NCBI GenBank assembly: GCA_043808945.1
Contig: JAZDEI010000077.1
Coordinates: forward strand, 1 to 34,600
Origin: Fidelibacterota bacterium
GTDB taxonomy: Bacteria; Fidelibacterota; UBA2242
Direction: 5' to 3'
Length of the DNA: 34,600 bases
Shown here piece after piece: positions 9,437-18,824 of this stretch (position 1 is its first letter; the number at the start of each line of letters is the position of its first letter). The position numbers and the translations under genes are program-made. The notes under the pieces are model-generated. The model was not told the origin of the DNA. It searched no databases and saw only the letters and a program-made list of their open reading frames with translations.

Positions 9437-10237
9437 TCAGTTGTTTAATCCCGGAATTTGAAAGATAAAATTCAATCCAGTCAGCAACACGAACACCCCG
9501 TATATTCTTTTAATGAATTTGGAGGGGAAATCGATCGCAACCAGTGCGCCGAAGAGGGCACCGAACAATAATCCCAAACCAATCAGTAATGCAGGTAATA
9601 TTTCCATTTTTCCGGTGCGAAAGTAGATTAAGACGCCCGGCAATCCGACCGGTAACAGTAATGCCATCAGGGAAGTGCCGATGGCTTTTTTATAATGATA
9701 TTTGAAAATTGAAATAAGGGCAGGAACGATAATAATCCCGCCGCCAATCCCAAACAGACCGGCCATTACGCCGGCAATCAGGCCGAGTGCTAAAAAACAG
9801 TAAAACGACTGTTTCGACTGTTTAGAAACGTAGGGCAGATTTACCGGGACTGAATTCGGCCTGGAATGTATCCGGAAAGGGAAATCGATATAATCCCAGG
9901 CGATGTATAATAGGAAAAGTCCGTAAAGACGTTTTAACAGCGGTGCGGGAAGCTCAAGTGCCGAAAAAGAACCGCCAATGACGCCGATAAAAATTCCAAG
10001 TCCGATAATGAGAGCACCACGAACATCAACTAACTTTTTCCGGTGGTATGCCAACACCGCGAAAATTCCGACCGGAAGGAGCAAGGCCGCCAACGAGGTG
10101 CCATTCGCGGCAACCTGAGGGAAATGGAAGAACAGGATCAGCATTGGCACGATTACGATCCCACCGCCAATTCCAAAGAATCCGGAAAGAATACCTGCAA
10201 AAAGTCCGATCAGAAAGAAAAATAATTGTGTGATCAT
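9437..10237 (-). CDS. Sulfite exporter TauE/SafE (TSUP) family membrane protein
   Basis: Two homologous halves, each with G(F/L)FGIGGGI(V/I)IVP and GTSL; 266 aa, hydrophobic. Confidence 0.9.
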   Translation of the reverse strand: MITQLFFFLIGLFAGILSGFFGIGGGIVIVPMLILFFHFPQVAANGTSLAALLLPVGIFAVLAYHRKKLVDVRGALIIGLGIFIGVIGGSFSALELPAPLLKRLYGLFLLYIAWDYIDFPFRIHSRPNSVPVNLPYVSKQSKQSFYCFLALGLIAGVMAGLFGIGGGIIIVPALISIFKYHYKKAIGTSLMALLLPVGLPGVLIYFRTGKMEILPALLIGLGLLFGALFGALVAIDFPSKFIKRIYGVFVLLTGLNFIFQIPGLNN

Positions 10238-10350
10238 TTGTAAGTACTCAACATTAAGGCTAACAATACGAAAGAATTTATAAAAAGTCTACATGAAATT
10301 GACGGCTACCAATAAAATCGCCGAAACAGGATTTGCTGGAATTTCTAATC

Positions 10351-10390
10351 TGACTTTCTGTCCTAATAGAAAGATGGCACATCATTTGTA
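10351..10390 (+). promoter_or_regulatory. Sigma-54-like (-24/-12) element and upstream near-palindrome before groES
   Basis: TGGCAC-N5-TTGTA at 10375-10390 (consensus TGGCAC-N5-TTGCW); TGAC-N5-GTCC at 10351-10363. Confidence 0.45.
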
Positions 10391-10467
10391 AATAATAGGT
10401 CGCTTTTTGAATGATTTTGAAGAAATCTGTACAGTCAAAAATAAATCTAATTGAAAGGAGAAATGAT

Positions 10468-10752
10468 ATGGCAATTAAACCATTAGCGGATCGAGTATTA
10501 GTGAAACCCTCTGTTTCCGATGAAAAAACAGCCGGTGGCCTTTACCTGCCCGATACCGCCAAAGAGAAACCCCAGGAAGGCACTGTTGTAGCGGTCGGTC
10601 CGGGAAAAGTCGCTGACGATGGTAAGAAAGTTACGATGGAAGTGAAGGTCGGTGATCGTGTTTTATACGGTAAATATTCCGGCACGGAAGTGACAATCGA
10701 CGGCGTCGAACACCTGATTATGCGCGAAAGCGATATTTTCGCAATTCTTTAA
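10468..10752 (+). CDS. groES: Co-chaperonin GroES
   Basis: [49 protein letters not shown]; AAAGGAG RBS supports ATG 10468. Confidence 0.98.
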   Translation: MAIKPLADRVLVKPSVSDEKTAGGLYLPDTAKEKPQEGTVVAVGPGKVADDGKKVTMEVKVGDRVLYGKYSGTEVTIDGVEHLIMRESDIFAIL

Positions 10753-10762
10753 TATTTAATAA

Positions 10763-12454
<1,692 letters not shown>

Positions 12455-12477
12455 AATCAAAGGCTAAATATAGAGCG

Positions 12478-12511
12478 GAGCCTCCGGAATATCCGGGGGC
12501 TCTTGTTTTTT
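12478..12511 (+). terminator. Rho-independent terminator after groEL
   Basis: GAGCCTCCGGA-ATA-TCCGGGGGCTC (11 bp including one G-U), followed by TTGTTTTTT. Confidence 0.88.
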
Positions 12512-12591
12512 GTAGAAATTCTGTTTTATTCTAAATAAGTTTAGAAGGTTTTAAAAGTAAAAAACGTTCATTTAAATTTTAAGGAGGAATA

Positions 12592-12987
12592 ATGGCAGGT
12601 ATATGGGATGACATTAAAAAAGGCGTCGGTGGATTTGCATCCAAAGCCGCTGTTAAAGCTGGTGAATTTACACGGGAAGCCGCCGATAAAGCCGAAGAAA
12701 TGACAAAACTCGGCAAGGTTAAACTGGATATTTTTCAGATCAAAAGAGACACCGATAAAAAGTTTACCGATCTGGGCGGTGTGGTCTATGGCTTGTTAGA
12801 TCAGACCGAAAAAGTAGAGATTTACGATAATGAAAAAGTAAACGCGCTGGTGGCAGAAATCAAAAATCTGGAAAAACAGTTAAAGGAAAAAGAAGAACTG
12901 TATCAAAGTATCCGGAATGCTTCTAAAAACGAACCGCAAAAACCGGATGTGCCGCCTGCTCAAGAGGCTGAACAAAAAGCCGAGTAA
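12592..12987 (+). CDS. Hypothetical helical/coiled-coil protein
   Basis: AAGGAGG RBS; 131 aa; amphipathic N-terminus (IWDDIKKGV) and coiled-coil-like C-terminal half. Confidence 0.8.
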   Translation: MAGIWDDIKKGVGGFASKAAVKAGEFTREAADKAEEMTKLGKVKLDIFQIKRDTDKKFTDLGGVVYGLLDQTEKVEIYDNEKVNALVAEIKNLEKQLKEKEELYQSIRNASKNEPQKPDVPPAQEAEQKAE

Positions 12988-13011
12988 AATTGTCACTGGC
13001 CTGGTGCGGCC

Positions 13012-13878
13012 ATGACTGAAAATAAGTCGCAAAAAAAATATCCGCTGTATACCTCTGATGAAGTATTACGGCGGTATTTTGAAGAAATCAGCGCCGAAAA
13101 GCTACTGTCGCCTAATGAGGAAATCGAACTGGCTCATAAAGTTAAAGCCGGAGATTCCGAAGCGCTGGATCGTCTGCTGAAGGCCAATCTGCGATTCGTC
13201 GTTTCGATCGCGAAAAAATATCAGGGATACGGGCTCTCTCTGGCCGATCTGATCAATGAAGGTAATATCGGATTGATAAAAGCCGCCCGTCGATATGATG
13301 AAACCCGCGGCTTTAAGTTTATTTCGTATGCGGTTTGGTGGGTGCGACAAACTATTTTGCAATCCATTTCGGAATATTCCAGGATGATTCGTCTCCCGCT
13401 CAATGTTGTTGGTAGTCTGAATAAGATTTACAAAGTCACAGCCGATTTTGAACGCGATAATGAGCGCGAACCAACCAGCGAAGAGGTTGAGATCATCCTG
13501 AAAGACGAAAAAATTGACCTTGATTCAGCCCGGCAACTAACCGAAAATCCCGTGAGTATCGATGCCCCGATTGGTAACGATCAATCCAACACCCTGCAGG
13601 ATATATTACCCGGCCAGGAAGATAACGACCCGGTGCATGTTTTATCTGAAGAGTCATTTCATATCGAAGTGCAACAGGCTTTAAATACCCTTGAAAAAAG
13701 GGAAGCCTACGTCCTCCGTCTATATTTCGGAATTGGTCGGGAATTACCGCTTAACCTGGAAGAAATTGGCGAGCGTTTACATTTAACACGGGAACGGGTG
13801 CGCCAAATTAAAGAGAAAGCTCTTCGTAAATTGCGCCATACTCGAAGATCTTTGCATCTAAGGGGCTATTTAGGATAA
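13012..13878 (+). CDS. RNA polymerase sigma-70 factor, RpoD/SigA family, compact type lacking region 1.1
   Basis: Region 1.2 LRRYFEEI; region 2 ANLRFVVSIAKKY, DLINEGNIGL, FISYAVWWVRQ; region 4.2 LTRERVRQIKEKALRKLR; 288 aa. Confidence 0.95.
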   Translation: MTENKSQKKYPLYTSDEVLRRYFEEISAEKLLSPNEEIELAHKVKAGDSEALDRLLKANLRFVVSIAKKYQGYGLSLADLINEGNIGLIKAARRYDETRGFKFISYAVWWVRQTILQSISEYSRMIRLPLNVVGSLNKIYKVTADFERDNEREPTSEEVEIILKDEKIDLDSARQLTENPVSIDAPIGNDQSNTLQDILPGQEDNDPVHVLSEESFHIEVQQALNTLEKREAYVLRLYFGIGRELPLNLEEIGERLHLTRERVRQIKEKALRKLRHTRRSLHLRGYLG

Positions 13879-13886
13879 GAAAAATG

Positions 13887-13915
13887 TTGACAAAATAGAT
13901 TCTTATGTTTAAAAT
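13887..13915 (+). promoter_or_regulatory. Sigma-70 promoter of the M23 peptidase gene
   Basis: TTGACA-N17-TAAAAT, near consensus. Confidence 0.75.
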
Positions 13916-13958
13916 CCACATCGTATTGATAAAGATGGGCGAAAATATAACCGACTAA

Positions 13959-14879
13959 ATGAAAAAAACACCAAAGCTTCTTTTTGTTCTTAATTCGCGG
14001 AATAGCGTCCGCTCTATTTCCGTTACCTGGGGCAAAATGATCACGATAATAACGTCGGTTATTTTTCTTTTCGCACTGGTGATTATTCTGGGGGCCAACT
14101 TTCTTTCTAACCTGGTTTACCAAAGTAAACTGACCCGCCTGAGGAAAAATAACAATCGTTTGGTTTCGACCTTTTATGACATCGGTAATCGTGTTCAAAA
14201 GATGGAATCGGAGATCAGTGTGCTGGTTGAAAAAGATAAGGCTCTGCGTACTTATGTCGATTTACCGGCAATCGATCAGGATATTCGGCAACTTGGTATT
14301 GGTGGGCGGTTGATGCCAAAATCCAGCGAACTGGATGAACTGCTTCCAGGCACTGAAATAAAAGTCTCTGAGTTAGCCAACGATCTGGATCGTTTAGCCC
14401 GTGAAGTCAAATTTGAGCGTCTGAGCTATGAAACGATCTATGATGCTTTTAAAAATCGTTCCGACCAAATTCTTTCAACGCCTTCGATCCGTCCGATCTA
14501 CACCGGTTATATCAATGATAGCTTCGGATATCGGCGGGATCCTTTCACCGGCCGTCGTGAATTCCATTACGGAGTCGATATTACTGCTCCTACCGGGACA
14601 CCCATCTTTTCGACGGCTGATGGTGTCGTTGGAGACGCCGGTTATCATGGCGGATATGGAAACGTAGTCGAAATCAACCACGGCTTTGGTTATTCGACGC
14701 TTTATGCCCATTTATCCAGAATAAACGTCAGACCCGGAGATGCTATCAGAAGAGGGCAAAAGGTCGGAGAAGTCGGTGTAACCGGTCGCACAACCGGTCC
14801 GCACCTGCATTATGAAGTGAAACAATTTAACATCAATAAAAATCCACTGGACTTTTTCTTCTCCGGATACATCCGTTAA
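13959..14879 (+). CDS. M23-family (LytM) metallopeptidase, membrane-anchored, with coiled coil
   Basis: N-terminal TM helix, coiled coil, HYGVD (HxxxD), YAHL and TGPHLHYEV (HxH). Confidence 0.93.
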   Translation: MKKTPKLLFVLNSRNSVRSISVTWGKMITIITSVIFLFALVIILGANFLSNLVYQSKLTRLRKNNNRLVSTFYDIGNRVQKMESEISVLVEKDKALRTYVDLPAIDQDIRQLGIGGRLMPKSSELDELLPGTEIKVSELANDLDRLAREVKFERLSYETIYDAFKNRSDQILSTPSIRPIYTGYINDSFGYRRDPFTGRREFHYGVDITAPTGTPIFSTADGVVGDAGYHGGYGNVVEINHGFGYSTLYAHLSRINVRPGDAIRRGQKVGEVGVTGRTTGPHLHYEVKQFNINKNPLDFFFSGYIR

Positions 14880-14961
14880 ATAATTTTCCGCCCCTGTTTT
14901 CCAATCTGTATTTGATTTTATTTAAAAAACCGGTTTTATATTTTAAATTTCACCAACTGCG

Positions 14962-16260
14962 ATGAATGGCAAGAAGTACTATATCGAAACCTACGGCTGT
15001 CAAATGAATGAAGCCGATTCGGAATTAGTTGCCGGTTTGCTTCAGCAAGCCCATTATCAGCCGACAACGGTTCCGGAAGATGCCAGCGTGATTTTAGTTA
15101 ATTCCTGTAGCGTGCGTGAAAATGCCGATCGTCGGGCAATTGCCAGACTCTCTCAATTTAAAAATCTGAAAATGAACCGCCCCGACCTGGTTCTTGGAAT
15201 ACTCGGATGTGTCGCGCAGAGGGATCGCGGGAAAATTCTCGCCGAGCGGAAATATATTGATCTGGTACTGGGACCGGATGCATATCGGGACTTGCCCGAA
15301 ATCCTGGAACAGTGCCGGACTCCCTATTTCGATGTTAATTTATCACGGACGGAAGTATATGACGATTTAATTCCATTCCGGAAAAGTGCAGTCAACGCCT
15401 GGGTTTCGATTATGCGCGGTTGTAATAAATTTTGCACTTTTTGTATCGTGCCTTACCTGCGCGGTCGTGAACGCAGCCGTCCGCCTGACAGTATTGTCGC
15501 CGAAATCAGGCAAGCGCTGAAAGATGGTTATCGTGAAGTAACCCTGCTCGGACAAAATGTCAATTCCTATCATTTTAGTGAATACCGTTTTCCGGAATTG
15601 CTACGTTCGGTCGCGTCGATCGAAAACCTGCGCCGGATCCGCTTTACCTCACCGCATCCGCGCGATGTCGATGAAGAAATGTTAGCGGTCATGCAGGCTA
15701 ATCCCAACCTTTGCAAGCAAATTCACCTGCCTTTGCAGGCCGGCTCATCCCGCGTTTTGCAGATGATGAACCGATCGTACGACCAGGCGCATTACCTCAA
15801 AGTCGTGGAAATGATCCGGAAATATCTGCCGCAGGCTGCTATCACGACCGATATTATCGTTGGATTTCCGGATGAGAGCGCCACGGACTTTGAAGATACT
15901 CTGGCGGTTATGCGATCCGTCAGGTTCGATGCGGCTTTCATGTTTAAATATTCGCCGCGCTCCGGGACGAAAGCCGCTGCCATGCCCGACAACGTTCCTG
16001 AAGATGAAAAAGCCCGACGTCTGAAAGAGGTCATTCAGCTCCAGAAAAACCACACGCTGGAACGTAATAAAGCCATGATTGGTACTGTACAGGAAATTCT
16101 GATAGATGGTGTCAGTAAGAAAAATCCGGCGGAAATGATCGGACGAACTGACACCAATAAAATTGTGGTACTCAAAGAAGGACACGCATCGATCGGTGAA
16201 TTTTGCACCGTCAGAATCGAAAAAGCTATTGGTGTATCATTGTTTGGAAAAATCATTTAA
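14962..16260 (+). CDS. miaB: tRNA-2-methylthio-N6-dimethylallyladenosine synthase
   Basis: TYGCQMNEADSE, NSCSVRE, GCVAQ, radical-SAM CNKFCTFC, LLGQNVNSY, TDIIVGFP, C-terminal TRAM region. Confidence 0.96.
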   Translation: MNGKKYYIETYGCQMNEADSELVAGLLQQAHYQPTTVPEDASVILVNSCSVRENADRRAIARLSQFKNLKMNRPDLVLGILGCVAQRDRGKILAERKYIDLVLGPDAYRDLPEILEQCRTPYFDVNLSRTEVYDDLIPFRKSAVNAWVSIMRGCNKFCTFCIVPYLRGRERSRPPDSIVAEIRQALKDGYREVTLLGQNVNSYHFSEYRFPELLRSVASIENLRRIRFTSPHPRDVDEEMLAVMQANPNLCKQIHLPLQAGSSRVLQMMNRSYDQAHYLKVVEMIRKYLPQAAITTDIIVGFPDESATDFEDTLAVMRSVRFDAAFMFKYSPRSGTKAAAMPDNVPEDEKARRLKEVIQLQKNHTLERNKAMIGTVQEILIDGVSKKNPAEMIGRTDTNKIVVLKEGHASIGEFCTVRIEKAIGVSLFGKII

Positions 16261-16274
16261 ATTTTGAGGGTAAT

Positions 16275-16595
16275 ATGAAGTTTCTACGATTAATAGCTGT
16301 AATTGTCATCATGTTTTTAATGGTTGTGTTCATCACCCAGAATTACGGCCAGGTAATCCATCTGAAGTTTTTCTGGAATTCGTCATCAGTTGAAATGGAT
16401 ATGGTGATTCTGGTCTTTATCACATTGATGCTCGGACTGGTGATCGGCTTCCTGATTGCCGGGGTTCAAATCCTGGCTGCCAGGAGCGATCTCCGGGTTT
16501 TATCAAATGACTACAAGAAATTAAAAAAAGAGATCGATTTACTCCGTAATCAGGGGATTGACGAAGTCGATGAAAATGGCCTCAAAACCGAATAG
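16275..16595 (+). CDS. lapA: LapA-family lipopolysaccharide assembly protein
   Basis: TM-QN...-TM-coiled-coil pattern (FITQN, LLRN); directly upstream of a lapB-like gene; GAGG RBS supports ATG 16275. Confidence 0.75.
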   Translation: MKFLRLIAVIVIMFLMVVFITQNYGQVIHLKFFWNSSSVEMDMVILVFITLMLGLVIGFLIAGVQILAARSDLRVLSNDYKKLKKEIDLLRNQGIDEVDENGLKTE

Positions 16596-16607
16596 ACAGG
16601 AAGCATT

Positions 16608-17753
16608 ATGACATTACTGGATGTTCTACTCACACTGATTCTGATTTTTTTAATCGTCTTCATTATTGTCAATTTGTCCAACCGGCGCCACGGTCAGGTA
16701 AAAAGCTCTGTAAATCTGTACACCATGGCACTCAACCATATGTTGCACGACGAGGATGAGACGGCGATCAAACTCTTTCGGGAGGTGATTCGCAAAGATA
16801 CCGATAATATCGACGCTTATATCAATCTCGGGATTCTGATGCGCAAGAACGGCAAGTCAGCCAATGCGGTCAAGATCCATCAGGGACTCTTATATCGGCA
16901 GGTAACAAATAACATCCAACGCCTGGAAATTTTACGGAATCTGGTAGACGACTTTATCGTTTCCGGAGAAAAAACAAAGGCGCTGGGCTTTGTCGTTAAT
17001 ATTTTAAATCTCGATAAAAACAATATCTGGGCATTGAAAAAAATACACGACCTTAGCCGCGATCTCGGTCGCTGGGAAGAGGCCTCGCAATATCTCGAAA
17101 AAGTTATGAATTTGAATAAGGAGCATAACGACCGACTGCTGGCGCTTTATAAAGTGCAGGAAGGTCTGAACAAGTTCCGGACCGGCGATTATCACGAAGC
17201 CCGCCTGGTGTTCCGCAAAGCGCTGAAAATCGATCCGCTATGCGAGGCTCCGTATTATTATATCGCCAATTCCTATGTTCTGGATCATCGCGAACTGGAT
17301 GCCGTCGAATGGTGGGTCAAATTTGCGGATCTGGCTCCCGAAAAAGCTCATATAATCTTCAAACCCCTCCAGACGATTCTGTTCAATCTCGGCAATTTTG
17401 GCAATATTGAGAGCTTCTACGAGAGCATTTTAAAAAGATTGCCCGGTGATGCGATGACTTTGATCGCCCTTGCCGGTTTTTACGAAAAGAAAGGCAATGC
17501 CACCAAAGCTATCGTCATTCTCGAAGATTTGGTCGACAAACAACCGGAAATAGCCGTCGCAAAAATCGGACTCGTAAAACTGCTGATCGGGCAAACCAAA
17601 CTGACCCAGGCAACGGCCATCCTGAGTGACATTATCGAACGTATGGCGATTACTGAGGAACATGCCTGTTCGAATTGTGGTAACCTTACCAGTGAAATTC
17701 AATGGATTTGTCCGGTTTGCGGTCTGCCGGATACCTATTTTAAGAAAATATGA
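16608..17753 (+). CDS. lapB: LapB-like TPR protein with C-terminal rubredoxin-type metal site
   Basis: N-terminal TM helix, TPR repeats, AVKIHQGL motif, CSNCG...WICPVCG. Confidence 0.85.
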   Translation: MTLLDVLLTLILIFLIVFIIVNLSNRRHGQVKSSVNLYTMALNHMLHDEDETAIKLFREVIRKDTDNIDAYINLGILMRKNGKSANAVKIHQGLLYRQVTNNIQRLEILRNLVDDFIVSGEKTKALGFVVNILNLDKNNIWALKKIHDLSRDLGRWEEASQYLEKVMNLNKEHNDRLLALYKVQEGLNKFRTGDYHEARLVFRKALKIDPLCEAPYYYIANSYVLDHRELDAVEWWVKFADLAPEKAHIIFKPLQTILFNLGNFGNIESFYESILKRLPGDAMTLIALAGFYEKKGNATKAIVILEDLVDKQPEIAVAKIGLVKLLIGQTKLTQATAILSDIIERMAITEEHACSNCGNLTSEIQWICPVCGLPDTYFKKI

Positions 17754-18577
17754 GACGTTTATTTTTCCTGGCTATAATCCCGGTACTCGTTTATTCCCAG
17801 GATATCGCCGAATTAAAGCAGAAAATCGATGCCGGAGAGGCGGATTCGGTAAAAATTTTACTGCCGGCATTACGTGAGAAATATCCCGCGAATCCGGAGA
17901 TTTTATATTTAAGCGGCCTGGTGGAAAGCGACGGTGAAGCAGCCTTGCTAATTTACCGGGATGTACTCAGTCAGTATCCGAACAGTCAGGTGGCAGACGA
18001 CGCTTTTCTGAAAATCGTCGAATATCTGTTCACTAAGGGGCTGTACGCCAAAACCGACAAATACGCCCGTGAACTGATTAAAAAATATCCACGTTCCGAA
18101 TTGATCGAGAAGACGGTTTATCTGCAGTTATGCAGTCTGAATGCCATGAATCAGCGCGATTCGGTCGATTATTACTACCGTTACTATTCGGTACTTTATC
18201 CGGATGCCAATTTTCAGTTTGTCGACTATCGCAGTGTTTCCAATTTGGCTCTGACTGAGAACAGGGTTCAAATGGAGTCAAGTTCTGCACCGGTTACGGT
18301 CAAACCGCAATCCCGCCCCGAACCGGAAAAGAAAACGACCACTGCCGGTAAATTTACTTTGCAGATGGGCGTTTTTGGCACTTACAATAATGCCCTGATC
18401 TTACAGAACAAACTTGAGAGATTGGGACAGACAGTGACCTTGCGGAAGATCAATCGATCCGGCCGTACATTGACGGTCGTGCTAACCGGATCATTTGCGA
18501 CCGAAGAGGAGGCGCATAGTGCCGGAGAAAAGTTAAAACGGGAAAAAAAATTAGATTTTGTCGTCGTTAAAAAATAA
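17750..18577 (+). CDS. Exported TPR-like plus SPOR-domain protein
   Basis: Signal peptide; YPxS-type TPR repeats; C-terminal FTLQMGVFGTYNNA...VLTGSFATEEEA SPOR motif; ATGA overlap with lapB. Confidence 0.85.
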   Translation: MRRLFFLAIIPVLVYSQDIAELKQKIDAGEADSVKILLPALREKYPANPEILYLSGLVESDGEAALLIYRDVLSQYPNSQVADDAFLKIVEYLFTKGLYAKTDKYARELIKKYPRSELIEKTVYLQLCSLNAMNQRDSVDYYYRYYSVLYPDANFQFVDYRSVSNLALTENRVQMESSSAPVTVKPQSRPEPEKKTTTAGKFTLQMGVFGTYNNALILQNKLERLGQTVTLRKINRSGRTLTVVLTGSFATEEEAHSAGEKLKREKKLDFVVVKK

Positions 18578-18581
18578 ATAT

Positions 18582-18673
18582 GGGAATGGATGCCACCCCG
18601 GTGGGGGCCGCGGTCTTCAAAATCGTCGTCCCGTCGATAGACGGGAGCTGGGTTCGACTCCCAGGCATTTCCG
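18582..18673 (+). tRNA. selC: tRNA-Sec (anticodon UCA)
   Basis: Acceptor GGGAATG/CATTTCC plus discriminator G; D arm with CGGT tetraloop; anticodon loop CTTCAAA; 7-bp variable arm TCCCGTC-GATA-GACGGGA; T arm CTGGG-TTCGACT-CCCAG; CCA not encoded. Confidence 0.93.
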
Positions 18674-18686
18674 CAAAAGAAGAGTA

Positions 18687-18715
18687 TTGTATCCGATTTA
18701 GCGGATAATTAAATT
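18687..18715 (+). promoter_or_regulatory. Putative promoter of the TPP riboswitch/TonB receptor transcript
   Basis: TTGTAT-N17-TAAATT; overlaps the inverted repeat TATCCG-N6-CGGATA. Confidence 0.55.
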
Positions 18716-18735
18716 CAGACGATTTTTAACAAGTG

Positions 18736-18822
18736 ATGGTCCGGGGGTGCTGTTCCGTTAAGCGGGATGGCTGAGATATTACCCTTAGAACCTGATCTGG
18801 ATAATACCAGCGAAGGGAGTTT
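18736..18822 (+). ncRNA. TPP riboswitch (THI element)
   Basis: GGGGTGC...GCTGAGA...ACCC...AACCTGATCTGGATAATACCAGCGAAGGGA matches the THI-box consensus. Confidence 0.95.
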
Positions 18823-18824
18823 CT

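Noticed and set aside
9785-9793. GAGTGCTAA, a perfect CIRCE half-site near groES
   Set aside because: No TTAGCACTC partner 9 nt upstream; it lies inside the tauE coding sequence, about 680 nt from groES.
13012-14879. nlpD-rpoS-like pairing of the sigma and M23 genes
   Set aside because: The order is reversed, the peptidase has no LysM or lipobox, and it has its own consensus promoter.
14962-18673. Functional link between miaB and tRNA-Sec
   Set aside because: MiaB acts on many UNN-reading tRNAs and three envelope genes intervene; proximity alone is insufficient.
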